In this document: positions 1 to 13,754 of the stretch, piece after piece | How the letters are laid out: every line of letters starts with the position of its first letter | Position numbering within the stretch: position 1 is the stretch's first letter | Assembly (NCBI RefSeq): GCF_009914755.1 | Contig: NC_060937.1 | From: the human T2T-CHM13v2.0 reference genome, Homo sapiens | Length of the DNA stretch: 64,000 nucleotides | Reading direction: 5' to 3' (one strand) | Made by a program: the position numbers and the translations under genes | The notes under the pieces: generated by a model | Seen by the model: the letters and a program-made list of their open reading frames with translations, nothing else | Told to the model about the DNA's origin: nothing | Databases searched by the model: none

Positions 1-986
1 GGGAACTGCCAACCCGTGTAAAGTCTGGTCTAGTGAGTGTTCCCGGGAGTGTGCAGGTGTTATTCCTGAAAATAAGGCCGGCCACTACCAGACAGAGAAG
101 CTGCCCATTTTAAGGTGTCAGATCAACGCCAGCGACGCTTACCTCGGGGCCTCCTCTCGCCCCACCTTTGCCTTTCTGCCAAATCTCTCCTTGCTCCCGG
201 CCGAAGGGATTCCCACCCCCAGCTGCCTCCTCCGAGCCCCGCGGAGCAGCGGACTCCTCCCCTGGAAACTCCTCCGGGGCTGGGGGAGGCTTTGGCGCAT
301 GCTCCGTACCTAGGGCAGGTTTTTGCTGCGGGTAGCAGGGCTCCTGTCACACCGGCTGGCGGGTTGTGGCGGTGCCAGCCTGTGTGTGCGAGTGTGTCTG
401 CGTGCCTGCGCCTGGGCGGACAGCCCGGAGCGGCAGTGCGACTCGCCGGGAGAGGCGTCTCCGCAGAGGCGCCTCGCCCGCTGCCGCTGCGCTGCGGGGG
501 CCGCTCTGCAAACTTGCGGCGAGCGCCGTCAGCCCTCGCGGCTCCACAGCCCCGCGACCTGCCGGCAAAGGCGCCGGGCGCGCGTGCCGGGCGCGGTGCC
601 CGCGGCCGGCCGGGGCGGCGGGAGCGGGCCGCGCCTTCGCCCTTGGCCGGCGCCCTGGCGAGCCTCATGCAGCCCCGGCGCTCGCGGCCGCAGCTACCCG
701 GCTGCCCGGCTGCGCGCGGCAGGTCCAGGACCCGAACCCCGCTCCCCAGCGCCTGAGCGCCTGCAAGCCGCCGGCGGGATGCCGCGCGTCGCCTGAGAGA
801 GCCGCGCCGGGGCGGGAGCAGGGAGCGGGCCGGCCCGGGCGCACCCGGGAGCGCAGGGCGCCCCACGCCGCAGCCGCAGCCGAGCGCGCCGGCGCCCGCC
901 TCCCCCGCCCGGCTCGCAGGCCCCGGCTCCTCAAGCCCCGAGGGCCGCGGGGCCGCCAGCCAGCCACACGCCTCGGCGTCAGGGGC

Positions 987-1094
987 ATGGAGGAACGGCG
1001 GGCTCCGAGCCGCGCCCCGGAGTCCGCGAAACTTCCGAGCGGGCGCCCGTCCGCCCTGCCGCCGCCGCCGCCGCCGCTTCGCCTGCCGGCCTGA
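987..1094 (+). promoter_or_regulatory. Candidate upstream ORF (35 aa, MEERRAPSRAPESAKLPSGRPSALPPPPPPLRLPA*)
   Basis: ATG 987-989 in GGC-ATG-G context (G at -3 and +4). TGA at 1092-1094, 10 nt before the main ATG. Same frame as track ORF 366..1094. Confidence 0.55.
1058..1077 (+). repeat. (GCC)6 trinucleotide repeat in the 5' leader
   Basis: gccgccgccgccgccgccgc read directly from the sequence. Confidence 0.95.
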
Positions 1095-1104
1095 GAGCGG
1101 GACC

Positions 1105-1811
1105 ATGGATGAAAGGTTCAACAAGTGGCTGCTGACGCCGGTGCTCACTCTCCTCTTCGTGGTCATCATGTACCAGTACGTGTCCCCCTCCTGCACCAGC
1201 TCCTGCACCAACTTCGGGGAGCAGCCCCGCGCGGGGGAGGCCGGCCCGCCCGCCGTCCCGGGTCCCGCCCGCCGGGCTCAGGCGCCGCCGGAGGAGTGGG
1301 AGCGGCGGCCCCAGTTGCCCCCGCCGCCCCGGGGGCCCCCCGAGGGACCTCGGGGGGCCGCGGCGCCGGAGGAGGAGGACGAGGAGCCCGGAGACCCCCG
1401 GGAGGGGGAGGAAGAGGAGGAGGAAGACGAGCCGGACCCCGAGGCCCCGGAAAACGGCTCCCTGCCCCGATTCGTGCCGCGCTTCAACTTCAGCCTGAAG
1501 GACCTGACCCGCTTCGTGGATTTCAACATCAAAGGGCGCGACGTGATCGTGTTCCTCCACATCCAGAAGACGGGGGGCACCACTTTCGGCCGGCACCTGG
1601 TGAAGAACATCCGGCTGGAGCAGCCTTGTAGCTGCAAAGCGGGTCAGAAGAAGTGCACCTGCCACCGGCCTGGCAAGAAGGAGACGTGGCTCTTCTCCCG
1701 CTTCTCCACCGGCTGGAGCTGCGGGCTGCACGCCGACTGGACGGAGCTCACCAACTGCGTGCCGGCCATCATGGAGAAGAAGGACTGTCCCCGCAACCAC
1801 AGCCACACCAG
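1105..1811 (+). CDS. HS6ST3: Heparan sulfate 6-O-sulfotransferase 3, coding exon 1 (partial CDS; the rest lies beyond the window)
   Basis: ACC-ATG-G Kozak. Translation MDERFNKWLLTPVLTLLFVVIMYQYV gives a short tail plus type II signal-anchor TM, then a Pro/Glu-rich stem and the PAPS 5'-phosphosulfate-binding motif VFLHIQKTGGTTFGRHL. WLFSRFSTGWSCGLHADWTELTNCV is typical of HS6ST. The exon ends at ...CACACCAG|gtactg (phase 2, within Arg). Confidence 0.97.
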
Positions 1812-4310
1812 GTACTGTCGCCCGCTGGGTCTCTGTTCTTCCCCCCCACCCCCCATCCCTCTTCCTCAGTCCTGACCCAGAGCGACCCCGCGCTCCCTGC
1901 CCCTGCCGATGGTTTCCTGGCGTCTTCAGCGGTTGGCGCCGTGGCTTTGGGGAGGGATGAGAAACCTCCGGATAGTGCCTAGGTCCTGAACTCGTTCTTC
2001 CCCCAGCCCCCACCGCTTCCCGCCACCCCTCTGCCTTCACCCTCTAAGATGTGCGGAGCCACCGTGTGGATCCTGCCTGTTGCCTAGCACGGCCTGGCCT
2101 CCCTCCCAGTGGACGCTGGAAAAACGCCCTGAAATGGGGAGCGGATCGCGGTCTGGGTTAGACCAGCCTTGTAGAATTGTGAACTTAAGTTTTGGGAGTG
2201 TAAACCCAAACCCAGGAAAAGGAAGGGGGAGTAGAGAGGCAAGGCACGAGTTTTCCAGGCGTGGTGAAGCTGGAGACGAGTATAATCCCTCCCTAAGTGG
2301 CTTTTGGATGGCAGCTCAGGAAACAGTCAATCCTCTTGATGCCACTTTGAAGACACACGTGCAAATTCCTGTTCTACCGCGATAGATAACTCTAATTCTG
2401 GAGATGGTCTTTGTTGCCCAGCAGTGCCAGGATTTGGACTCACCTGTCCTCAGAAAGATTTCCATGCTCTTCCTAGGCCATTACATCAACTTATTCCAAA
2501 AGTATGTTAAATGCCTACAGGGTGCCTGACAGTGTGCTAGGTGTTAAGTGAGTATAAAGATAACATAACATCCCTTGTTTTCAGGATGGAATGACATTCT
2601 TGATCCCCTGCCTCCCAGCCTTAAAAAACAGTAATACAGTGGAGAATTAAGAAAGTTAAAAATCTTAATAGCCAATGAAACTGCTTACATTATTAACATG
2701 CTTTGAGAGAGACATGGGCTTAATAATTTGGTTGAAGGTCCTTTCTGCCCATTGCAATTTGAAGATTAATCTGACATGCTTGCTAAAGGACGAAAATATT
2801 AAAAGCTTGGAACACTAGTTCATTGAAGTTTTTATCTTAAAGGTTTCAAACAATTTGGTATGAGGAAATAGGAATTTAAAAGCTCAAGCTGATTATGTTG
2901 ATATCCCAGATAGCTTTTGCATTTGACGTTATAGAAAAGCTTCATTTACTGGAAGCTACCCAGATTCTGGAATTCACCACCACTGAAGCATCTAATTCTA
3001 CTTCATTTCTCCAAGAATGAGCAAAATTTCATTATGAGATTTTTTACTCTGGCAATTCTTCAGATACTTTCCTTCCTCCCTGCTCCTTTTCCTGTTTCCT
3101 GCACATTAGTTAGAATAAGAAACTGGATTTGGAATGAGGGAATTAGGCTCTTCTCTTAGTATATTTTACGGATCCTTTGCTTTTAAATATTTTTAATAGT
3201 GTATTACTTTGGATCTTGCCACTCTCTTTTAGCTTAAAACAGTTTTTCAATTAAGTATTACTTCCAAACCTCCTAACACATAACACTATTACTTCAGTGA
3301 GACACAATTTCTGCTACATTTCATCCAACCTTGTACTCCCTGTTTAGATTAATTCCTGATTGACCTCAAAGGGTTTGCTAGACTGCTTCCCAGCTTCCAT
3401 TTCACTAAAACTGGAGTCTTATTGATTATCACATAGAAATGTCTGATTACTCTTCAGTAGGGGCTGGCATTATTTTTGTCCCAGGTTCATAAAAGTCTTA
3501 GTAAATAGATGAAGATTTTAAAGGACTTAGAGGAGGATGTGGAATCTAAAAATAATTAGATTTTTGCTTAGTGATGAATAATGTTACTACAGACCCTGAA
3601 TAGGTGACAAGCAGTAAGGTCTCACTTCTATAGGAAATACTTAATATCTCTATTCTGTTGACACAGGAAAACTCCACTGTGACTGTTTAAACATATGATT
3701 TCTAGTGTATGATCAAGTTATTTTCTTTGTTTAGTAATGGAGCATAAACATTCACTTCTCCCTGAATCACAGGTTAGCAGGCAATTAGTCACCCTGTTCT
3801 GGTTTCCTTTTCTTTCTAAAAAAAAAAATTTTTTTTTGGTAGTATTTTGTTTTTACCTCATTTTATAATCCTTTCTTTTCCTTCCCACCCTCTCTCTCTC
3901 CCCAGTAATTCTCAATTACTTCCTTGCTCTAGATACTGTAGGAGGGAATAGTTGTGGCATATGTGAAGTGCCCTGCATCAAAAGCTATAGGGAAAAAGTT
4001 GAAAGGATGTTAACAGTAGCATCTCTCTAGCAGAGAAGATTGAATTAGTTGTCTGTCATTGTAATGTCTGTGTACAGCATTCTACAGTCAACTAGATTAG
4101 CCTGGATAATGGAGGGTACCTTTTCACAATGCAAAATGGCAGATAATCTATTGGTACATAATGGGAACAAGGTTCTACTTCAAATAGGGCTGACTCTAAG
4201 CAAAATTGATAAGTAGATCTTGTTGATTTTGGTTCCCTAGTCTTTCTGCTTTTGGTCCCCCCAAAGCGCCTCCTCCCAATTTCACTCAGAGATCAATGCC
4301 CTTATGGATC

Positions 4311-4507
4311 ACATAATGGATAAGAGTAAGGATTCTGGAGTCAGATAAATATGGCTCTTGTACTTACTAGCCATGTACCCAGGAGTAAGTTACTTTTTCT
4401 GAGTCTCAGTTTCTTCACTTTTAAAGTGTAGATAATAATTAGTATGGCCATTATAGGGGTGTTGTGAGAACTAAATGAATCAATGCATGCAAAATGCTTA
4501 GCATAGT
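4311..4507 (+). mobile_element. MIR SINE
   Basis: Core similarity: ctgagtctcagtttcttcacttttaaagtg...gttgtgagaactaaatgaatcaatgcatgcaaaatgcttagcatagt. Confidence 0.75.
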
Positions 4508-6105
4508 ATATATGCGTAGTATAATATACTGGCATATCGTGCTTACTATGTAGATATATAGTAATACTGCAATATCAGTTGTTAATTGCAACGATAGGTT
4601 CCCCACTCAAGGCCTTCTTCCTAAAAAACCATGAGGTCCGTTTCTTAGAGAAGATCTGTATAAATGGGTCACCTTACAGAGATACCATTTTATGATTACT
4701 TGTATTAAGCATCCTAGGTTGCAAACTTAAACAATAAGTTGAAAATTATGGACATTTGGACATCAGTCTTTGCAGGGAGCAAGGTGGGGAACAAAGTTGG
4801 GGGCACACAATATAATTGGATATACATTCCGTTGGTAACACAAAAACTATCTGGAATGGTGAGCGAGGAGGTGAGAACATCTAGGACTGAAGGCAGAAGC
4901 AGGAAGCCAACTCTGAAAAGAAATACATGGCAAACTTCAAGGGGCCATCATATGGATTATGTGGGTCATGAAGGGGCAGGACCCCGGGCTGGTGGTTTGA
5001 ATCCAGCACAGAGGTAACTTCTGACCACAGAAACTGGTTAGAATAGGATGGTGGCACATCGGAATTACCTCTTGTATCATATCACTGATGATTTTTTCCC
5101 ATTATTTTTGTGTTGCTTTTCCCCCTCAGTTATTTTTTTGGCAGGCCATTCTTTCTCACTCTCTTTATGCTTCCTTCTTTATTACTGTACGCCCCTTAAT
5201 CTGCATGTCCAGAGCCTTAAAAGACTCCTTTTTAGCATTCTTGAGTATATATAGAATCATAGCATTTTATGGCTAAAAAGGATTGAAGAGAGAATCTAGT
5301 CCCACATTTTTCATGGGGAATGTAACCATAAAAAGGTGAAATGATATACCTAAGGTTTCTTGAGGGAATTCATGTCTCCATTTTCATAATTTATATTCAA
5401 TGTTTTGCTTACTATATATCTTGTGTTTACTATGGAAAGTGCAGTGGAGTGTGCCTTAAGCACCTGCTTACTATGTGCCAGGCACTACGATAGTTCTGGG
5501 AACTGCATTTTGAATATTGGCAGCCCTGTGTAGCCTAGGCTTCATCTCTGGTAAGTGAGTATCTCTCCCATTCTTAAATAATGATGGAAAGATATTCTAT
5601 CTGCATCATTTTGTAGGATAGAATGGCAATTTTTCTCTTTTATAACGTGTATTCCATTAGTTTTGTTAGAATAGTTTGAACCCTGTGGATGTTATATTAA
5701 ATAGGACCTTCTGTGTTGCAGGTTATACCAACCTAACCCAAATTTATTTCAGCCAGAGGGGAATTATTGGCTAACCCAGTCACACCACCGGAAGGTTGGG
5801 GAGAGGTGGTTTCAGGAATGACTGGAACTGGAGATTTGGGGTCTTTCTTCCCATACTCCTTTCGATATTGATCTCATTCTATCAAATTGGCCAATTCCAC
5901 AAGATGGGCAAATGTTCTTCATATCTAATAGCTCCACAGCCGAGAGGGAAGCAGGCCTTCTCTTAGTTCCAGTTTGAAATTTTGGGGAATGACTCTGATT
6001 AGCCCAGCTTGGAACTTGTGACTATTCTTTCAGTCAATCATTGTGTCCAGAGAGAGAGATAAGGTTATCTGACTCACCTTCTATCACAGAACCATTTATA
6101 TGACT

Positions 6106-6106
<1 letters not shown>

Positions 6107-6150
<44 letters not shown>
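6107..6150. repeat. (GT)22 microsatellite
   Basis: Read directly. Confidence 0.97.
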
Positions 6151-6153
<3 letters not shown>

Positions 6154-7178
6154 CAGGAAGAAGAGGAGCTGCCATAGATACAGCTGCTGGATGGACCACT
6201 GGATTCTGGACAACCCCTCCAACTGTGTCAATTGTAGGTGCAAATACATGAGAAATAAATGAACCTTCAGATCTCTTTTTTTTTTGTATACCACTTAGGA
6301 AAAATTTTAAGTCAAACTGCAACTCGAATTTATTTGCAGCATCTGGAAACCATGTCATATGAGAATTAATTGAAAGAATGTGTAATATTTAATATGGAGA
6401 TGAGAAAAATAAGGTGAGACATAAAAGCTTCCTTCAAATAGTAAAAGGAATGAGATGTGGAAGGTGAGGGAGGCTTGTTCTGTATTGCTCCAAAGGATAG
6501 AACTAGGATAAGAACTGATGGGATTTCAACTCAGAGTAAGAAAGAACTTAATAAAATTTATAACTGTCTAAAAAGAGCATGAACTCTGTGATGCTCACTC
6601 TCAGTAAAAACTTGAGGAATGTCTGGGTAACTACTGATGTTGTAAAAGGAATTTCTTCTTGGGGAAAGGGTTAGCCTGGATGGCCTTTTATTTTAAGTTT
6701 CGTTAGTTCTAATGTAAGCTGAGTGTGGGGTATCTTTCTTCTCCTCCTTCCTACCCCATGCTTAGAAAAGAAAAAAAGGATTATAAATGAACTAGTCCTC
6801 TAGCATTTGTAAATATTTCTACCAAGGAAACTTTTTGTAAAGTCTGATGGTATAGACTGTTTTACACATTCAGGGCCAAAAGCAGTAAATGGGTCCTGTG
6901 TATTAGGTCGTCTGCTTCTTAATAATAAGTATAAAAAGATAAGATGAGAAAATATAACACAACTTGCCACAAAAACCAGAACCACTTTGAAACATTGTCT
7001 GGTTATTGCTTTTCCTTTAGACAGCAGGCTGAAATATATAAGGAGGTTACAGAGCTCTGTTTCAAAGACTAGACTATTATGGCCTGTACTGCTTTCTAAA
7101 GCATAAGCTGTTTGATGTCTCTTCTAATTAGAATTGTTGAACTACCAAGAAGGTTAATTTTTACCATAAGGTTTTTGT

Positions 7179-7213
7179 AGTGTAAAACTAAAGAGCAGTG
7201 TAAAACTAAAGAG
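7179..7213. repeat. Short tandem duplication, AGTGTAAAACTAAAGAG x2 (period 18)
   Basis: 7179-7195 is identical to 7197-7213. Confidence 0.9.
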
Positions 7214-7739
7214 ATATGAGATTGTTCTGTCTGTAGGCCATATCTACTGATTTGTTCATTACCGAGTCTCCTAAAATACTGCTTCTGCTTCAAACCAACA
7301 ATATTTGCTATAAATCAGAAAGAGGTTAAATTAAACCCTGTCAGTTTTTTGAGTAGTGAAGACATGAATTGGAAGTGGTAAATGGTAATAGATGATTTAT
7401 GCTTCTGCCTTCTTCCTGATGGTTACCTTGGAATTTTGATTGGGTTGATTTTAAAGAAATTGAAATGTTTTCATAATAGAAGTGAGGCAAATTTAGCTGC
7501 CAACAATGTGGATTTGCTTAGTCTTAGACTCTTATATTATTATTCCCCAAAGCTAATTATTATCATCTCATTTTGACTAAAGACAATCAGAAGCTTATGG
7601 CATTTGAAAGTTATTTATGCTTGATAATGAACTAAACAGTTTAATTGAGACCGGCAAATCCTAATGTGATTTTAAGAGTCATGAAATAAATTATTGGGCC
7701 AAGAAATAGGTTCAGTATGAAAACAATTAAATGGAAAAT

Positions 7740-7923
7740 CCAAATTAATATTTTGTAGTAATCACTTATCTTGTTTTTGAGTTCGTTAGATTGTGGATAT
7801 CATTTATAAATTCCCTGTTGATTTTAATTGGCCAAATTAATGTTTTGTAGTAATCACTTATCTTGTTTTTGAGTTGGTTAGATTGTAGATATCATTTATA
7901 AATTCCCTGTTGATTTTAATTAG
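7740..7923. repeat. 92-bp tandem duplication of non-repeat sequence
   Basis: 7740-7831 vs 7832-7923, with 4 mismatches counted by eye. Confidence 0.93.
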
Positions 7924-8312
7924 CTAATACAACTTTGTTTAAATTATAGCTGAGCATTCATGTATTGGAAGGAATAGTAAACATTTTTTAACTTGGACAG
8001 TGTTATTTGTTTTTATCTTCCTCTGGCAAATACAGTTACTCAGTTGCTCAGTAAGACACATATAAAGTGCCCAGCATAGAGATTAATTTATAGAAGATTC
8101 TGAATAAATGTCGGCTTTTAGATTACCTTGAAAACATAGCAGCATAACTTGACAAGATTGTGTTATTTAAAAGATAGAATTATCAAAATTCCAAATGACT
8201 CTGTTATTTCAGGTGCAAATTCTGATTATTAGTGGTTGCCTTCCATAATTAGCAAGATGCCCACTCCCCGGATTGTCTAGAAGAGAAGTAAAAGTAAATA
8301 TGGAGACCAGAG

Positions 8313-8372
8313 CTTATTGGACTTATTGGACTTATTGGATTATTGGACTTATTGGACTTGTTGGACTATTGA
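8313..8372. repeat. 9-bp minisatellite (CTTATTGGA), about 7 copies
   Basis: Three perfect units, then a mix of perfect and degenerate units. Confidence 0.93.
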
Positions 8373-8762
8373 GGAGGTTTCTCCTATTAGACTGTATGCC
8401 ACACATCAGAAACTCATTTGTTTACTGACAGATGTATTTGCCTCTTGAAAAGGTTAATGTAATCATTCATTTGTGCTTTAGAAAAAAATCAGCCTAAACT
8501 GAGAGGATGTGAACTCTGATGTAGGATGGAAGGATGAGAGAGCTATATATTAATATAACCTCTGGTTTATATAGATGCTAGATTACTACTGGTCAAGGCT
8601 AGGTGGCTGAGGTGGTGGTGGTTGGAGATCGTAATATTGGAGAACAATAGAAAGATATGATGAATTAGGAAAAAGACTTCAAGAGAGGTTGGAGGAAAAC
8701 AATGACAAATTTATCAGCCACTGAAAATCATGCAAGTGCTTGATTTGTGACCGTAATTGGGG

Positions 8763-9493
<731 letters not shown>

Positions 9494-12400
9494 ACATATA
9501 TGTTGTTTTTATGTAAAAATAAAATGATAGCTAAACCTGTAGCATCTTTTTTGAATTTGGAACTTCTCCTCCTGAATAGTGTAAAAATGAATTTTCAAGC
9601 TGTGATGCAAAAGAGAAGCCGTAAATGATAAAGTCAATGTTAATTCTTAGGATGCTGTGGATATTCACTGGGCACTCAGTCCAAGAATGGAAACTTGCAG
9701 TCTTTTTCCCCCCCAGCATATAGTTTTATTTTTTATGGGAAATTAATGAAACAGCAATAAAAATGTTTAAACATATACAATTAAATTCATACATGAAGCA
9801 ATCCTGCAGTGAAATTGAATTAGTTGCCTGTGGGCACGTAAATATTTGTAGTTCATTCCTATTATTAATATCTTACCATGCTTTTATTGGTAAGTACTGT
9901 GTCATTTGTTTTCATAACCTTGCATTTGACATTGTGTATTTATGTTTGCTCCTGCTTTCTAGTTTTCTTATAAACATCAGAGGGTATAAATGCTAATCAC
10001 CTCGATGTCCTCGGTATTTATTTATTAGATTTACAAAGTATTTCTTCCAAATAATTAAAGGTTCTGGATATTTAAGCGTAAACCTGAGAGATGGCATCTG
10101 TATTTTGTGGACTCTAGGAATGTGTAGAAACTTCAAATGTGAAAATATAGACCTAGAAAGAAGAGCAAACACGGTTTGAAAGAAAGACATGTGGTAACTT
10201 AATGCGTGTCTGTAAATCTGAGGGTAAGAGCCCCATAATATAGTAAAGAACAAGGTGACATGCCAAGAAAGAGATATCACACAGTGATCATATAAAGTGT
10301 AAATTGGAAGAATGATACAAAGGAGGGAGAGAAGAAGAACAAAAATAGTCAAGGTAAAGAATGAAATCCTAAAATAACTGAATCAGAAAGAAGGTAATAT
10401 TGAACATAGAAGACAGAAATTTATCTGGTATGCAATGGTTTGTCTCAATGCTGCAGTTAGGGGAAGTAATCCACTATCCAGAAGGCTATCTGATTTGGAG
10501 GTCGAGTATATTTAAGTGCTACTAATGTATATTTATCTACTTATGCATTCATTTTCTGTATCATGCTGCTGTTTTAAAGTATTGGTAGCTTTACAGTTCC
10601 TGGCAGCAAGCAGAGGCACACTTTGGGATTTCAAAGGAACTAGTTTGAGAGGTATGGACAGGGATAGGGAAACCAATATTGGACCTCAAGGTACCTTGCA
10701 ACCAGTGACAAGAGGAAACTGTTAACCCCATTGGATGTGAAGAGGCAAAAGGAGAGAACTGTGTTATCAGTATTTTTTGCCTGCTGGTGGCTGACAGGAG
10801 CTCCAGTTTCAGTAGTAGGAGAGAGCCGAAGGAGAAACTTCTGGAGAGGAGGTGTTTGCAGAAAGCAGCCACTGCTAGAGCTATAGAGCAGAGGCCAAGA
10901 GAAAGGAGTGGGAGTGCTTTCTCCTCCCACCTGTCCATTTCCTCCTATTGTCTTCCAGAGTGAATCCACTTAGAAGCTAAAGGGCAAGAGAGCTGATGCA
11001 TTCTGTGGCCTTCAGCAAGTCAGAGAAAGATGGAAAATGGATTTGGGGTCCAGTGATGGGAGGGATGAAAATGGAGACTAACTTGCACAGTGTCTGAAAA
11101 TAGTTTGAAATTTCTTCTAATTCAGTTTATGGATGCCCTGTTGTGTTCTACAAATGAGACCAAGATCGGATACCCCATATTTTAGTACCTGTACTGCATG
11201 ATTTTCTGCATGGACCATTAGTCTCCACCTAAAGAATGATGAGTGCAGCAAAGGGCCGCTCTCCAAAGGAACAGTTACCACAGACAAAGTGACTTTTTGC
11301 TGAGTAATAAAAATCATGCTAATTTGGGTGTTTTGTCATCTTAGTACCCCAGAATCATCTGATAATAGTGACAGATTTGGCCAGTCGTATCTATATTATG
11401 ATGCACAGTAGACAACACACATTTTATAAATTTGAAGTTATGTAACAATATTAGTTAAGGCATGACAAGTAGTTTGCAAAACTGGCTATAGTTTGCAAAA
11501 ACATTTACGAGATGAGACCCTTTCTGCCGCTTAGATTTTCTTCCAAGAGCATTAAAATTCTCTAGAGTAATATTTATGAGCTTTAAGTCTCTGAAGGTAA
11601 TAGGTGAGGGAAGAAATTCATTGTGTCATGTTTGAAACTATCCTCATATTTTTAGTTTTAATTTTAAAGGACTTTTGAAGCAATATTTCCGCATTTATTT
11701 TGGGGGAATGTGATATGTTGAAAGTACACATGCATGTACCTTTTGGTGCAAAATATTATGAAAAGCTTCTAATACTAGATACTAAAAATATTTACATAAA
11801 ATTGGTATCTGACAAAACTTGGCACAAGAACCCTCAATTCACTGCTTGAATTCTGAGAGTCAAAATGCCATCAGCAAAACACTGTTCAACATATATATTT
11901 ATAGATGACAAAATGCATATCCAATACCATGTCTGTAGGCAGTATATCTATTGACATTGGTACATATATGTCACGTTCATTTCTCCCATCCAGAGGAGGG
12001 GATTTTGAGTTGCTGGAAACAATGCCATCCATGGAGAATATACCAACCTGAATCTTCTCTGTCATTGTACCGCCTTACACGGAGCTGTCTTTTCTCTCCT
12101 CTCTCTCTTTCTCTCTCTTGCACGTGCACATACACCATTTTATGACATAGCTAGAGTCATCAATGGCCTGTAAACAAAAGGATCATTTTCAGGTCTTTGT
12201 CTCTGAGGCCACAAAAAAGTTGCCTGCGGAATTGTTTTCTGCTGGCTATGAAAGTTATTAGTTCTAAGGAATGTGCACTTTGTTGGTCCGAATTTAAGTC
12301 CAGTGAATTTAGAAAATCTGGGAGAGGTATCAGAAAAGGTATTTTTTTTTCCCCACACAGCTTCCTTGAGTTCCTTATTGTGCCTTCTGTATATTCGATG

Positions 12401-12510
12401 AAAGAGGTGGACTAATGGATATTTCTATCTGTAATATTCCTATGAATAAACATTTCTGTCACTACTTTTATTGATAAATGTCAAAACTACTTGTGTCTAA
12501 AAACTTCTCA

Positions 12511-12766
<256 letters not shown>

Positions 12767-13639
12767 TCATAGACCATTCTTTGTCTTTTAAATTCAGACT
12801 GAGGCCTAAAACACCACTGCAGATAATTTCTTTGCTTTGAAGGTTTTATTCTCCAAGTTCCTTATGTGTGCTATAAAGAATAATTAATGTAATGAAAAAA
12901 TCAATATTGTGTATAAATTATTTAGGCTTTACTATCATTGTAATTTTCTCTTCAACACCTATTGATCGGCAACAATTCATTTGTTAATTTCTTCCTAATA
13001 AGATATTCATTGTATTAGGTCTGTAGTAGTGCTGTCCCTGCACTTTCGCAAGCAAGTCATGAATTACTAATGATACATGGAACAAGTTAACTTACTAGTG
13101 AGTGGTATGAGATGGAAAACAGGCAAAGGGAGTAATTTGAAATGCAGTCCTATAGAAACACTGTGTAGGCAGACAACTGCTAATAATTCAGTGAGTATAC
13201 TCTTGCAGGATATTAATTTGTACTTTAAAATTTTATCGGTACGTGTTTTTCTTGGCATATATGTGTTTTCTTTTTAAAATTAATTTTAAAAATCCATGAT
13301 TCTCTTTTTTTGAGAAGGGGGTGGAGGGGCCGGTTTTCCCTAACCATTTACAGTAATGCCCTGAAAATGATGGTTATTAAACAGTGTTTTGACCGTTGAT
13401 AACAGAGTTACTTCAGAGTTTAGGGAAAATCTGAGACCTTTTTAAAACCTAAAGAGAGATGAGTCCAAGAAGAAATCAAACTACCAAATTCATGGCAAAG
13501 AGAACTTCCGCATTGCATAATTTGGCAGAGTGGTATCCAGAAAAGACCTCTAAATTTGTAATCAGGCAATCAGGATTTGAATCTGGGCTTCCTCACTTAC
13601 TCGTTCACTTATTTATTATATCATTTCCTGCCAACATAT

Positions 13640-13754
13640 CAGTTTCCTGAGGTTGGTGAGTTTGTGGTCTCCTCTGCATTATCAGTGCCTAGAGTAGTGC
13701 CTGGTACATAATGGCTGTCAAACAAATGTTGACTGAATAAACGAAAGAATGAAG
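13640..13754 (+). mobile_element. L2 3' end fragment
   Basis: cagtgcctagagtagtgcctggtacataatgg...aaatgttgactgaataaacgaaagaatgaa matches the L2 tail. Confidence 0.65.

Larger units (their letters stand above)
200..2150. promoter_or_regulatory. HS6ST3: CpG island spanning the HS6ST3 promoter, 5'UTR and exon 1 (edges approximate)
   Basis: Very GC- and CpG-rich, in sharp contrast to the AT-rich, CpG-poor sequence after ~2400. It surrounds the ATG at 1105. The TSS cannot be placed from sequence alone. Confidence 0.9.

Noticed and set aside
410-430. Possible REST/RE1 site (GGACAGC)
   Set aside because: Only the right half-site is present; the TTCAGCACC left half is missing.
1812-1875. Extension of the HS6ST3 ORF to the stop at 1875 (256 aa)
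   Set aside because: This is read-through past the splice donor at 1812. The added residues (YCRPLGLC...) are intronic and the product would lack the rest of the sulfotransferase domain.
115-2040. Long overlapping ORFs on both strands (e.g. 123..1211 minus, 979..2040 minus, 1125..1631 plus)
   Set aside because: Expected in a stop-poor CpG island. The translations are low-complexity Arg/Gly/Pro/Ala with no recognisable domain, and several are antisense or alternative-frame shadows of HS6ST3 exon 1.
8313-8372. CRISPR-like array
   Set aside because: The units are directly adjacent with no spacers, and the DNA is human intron.
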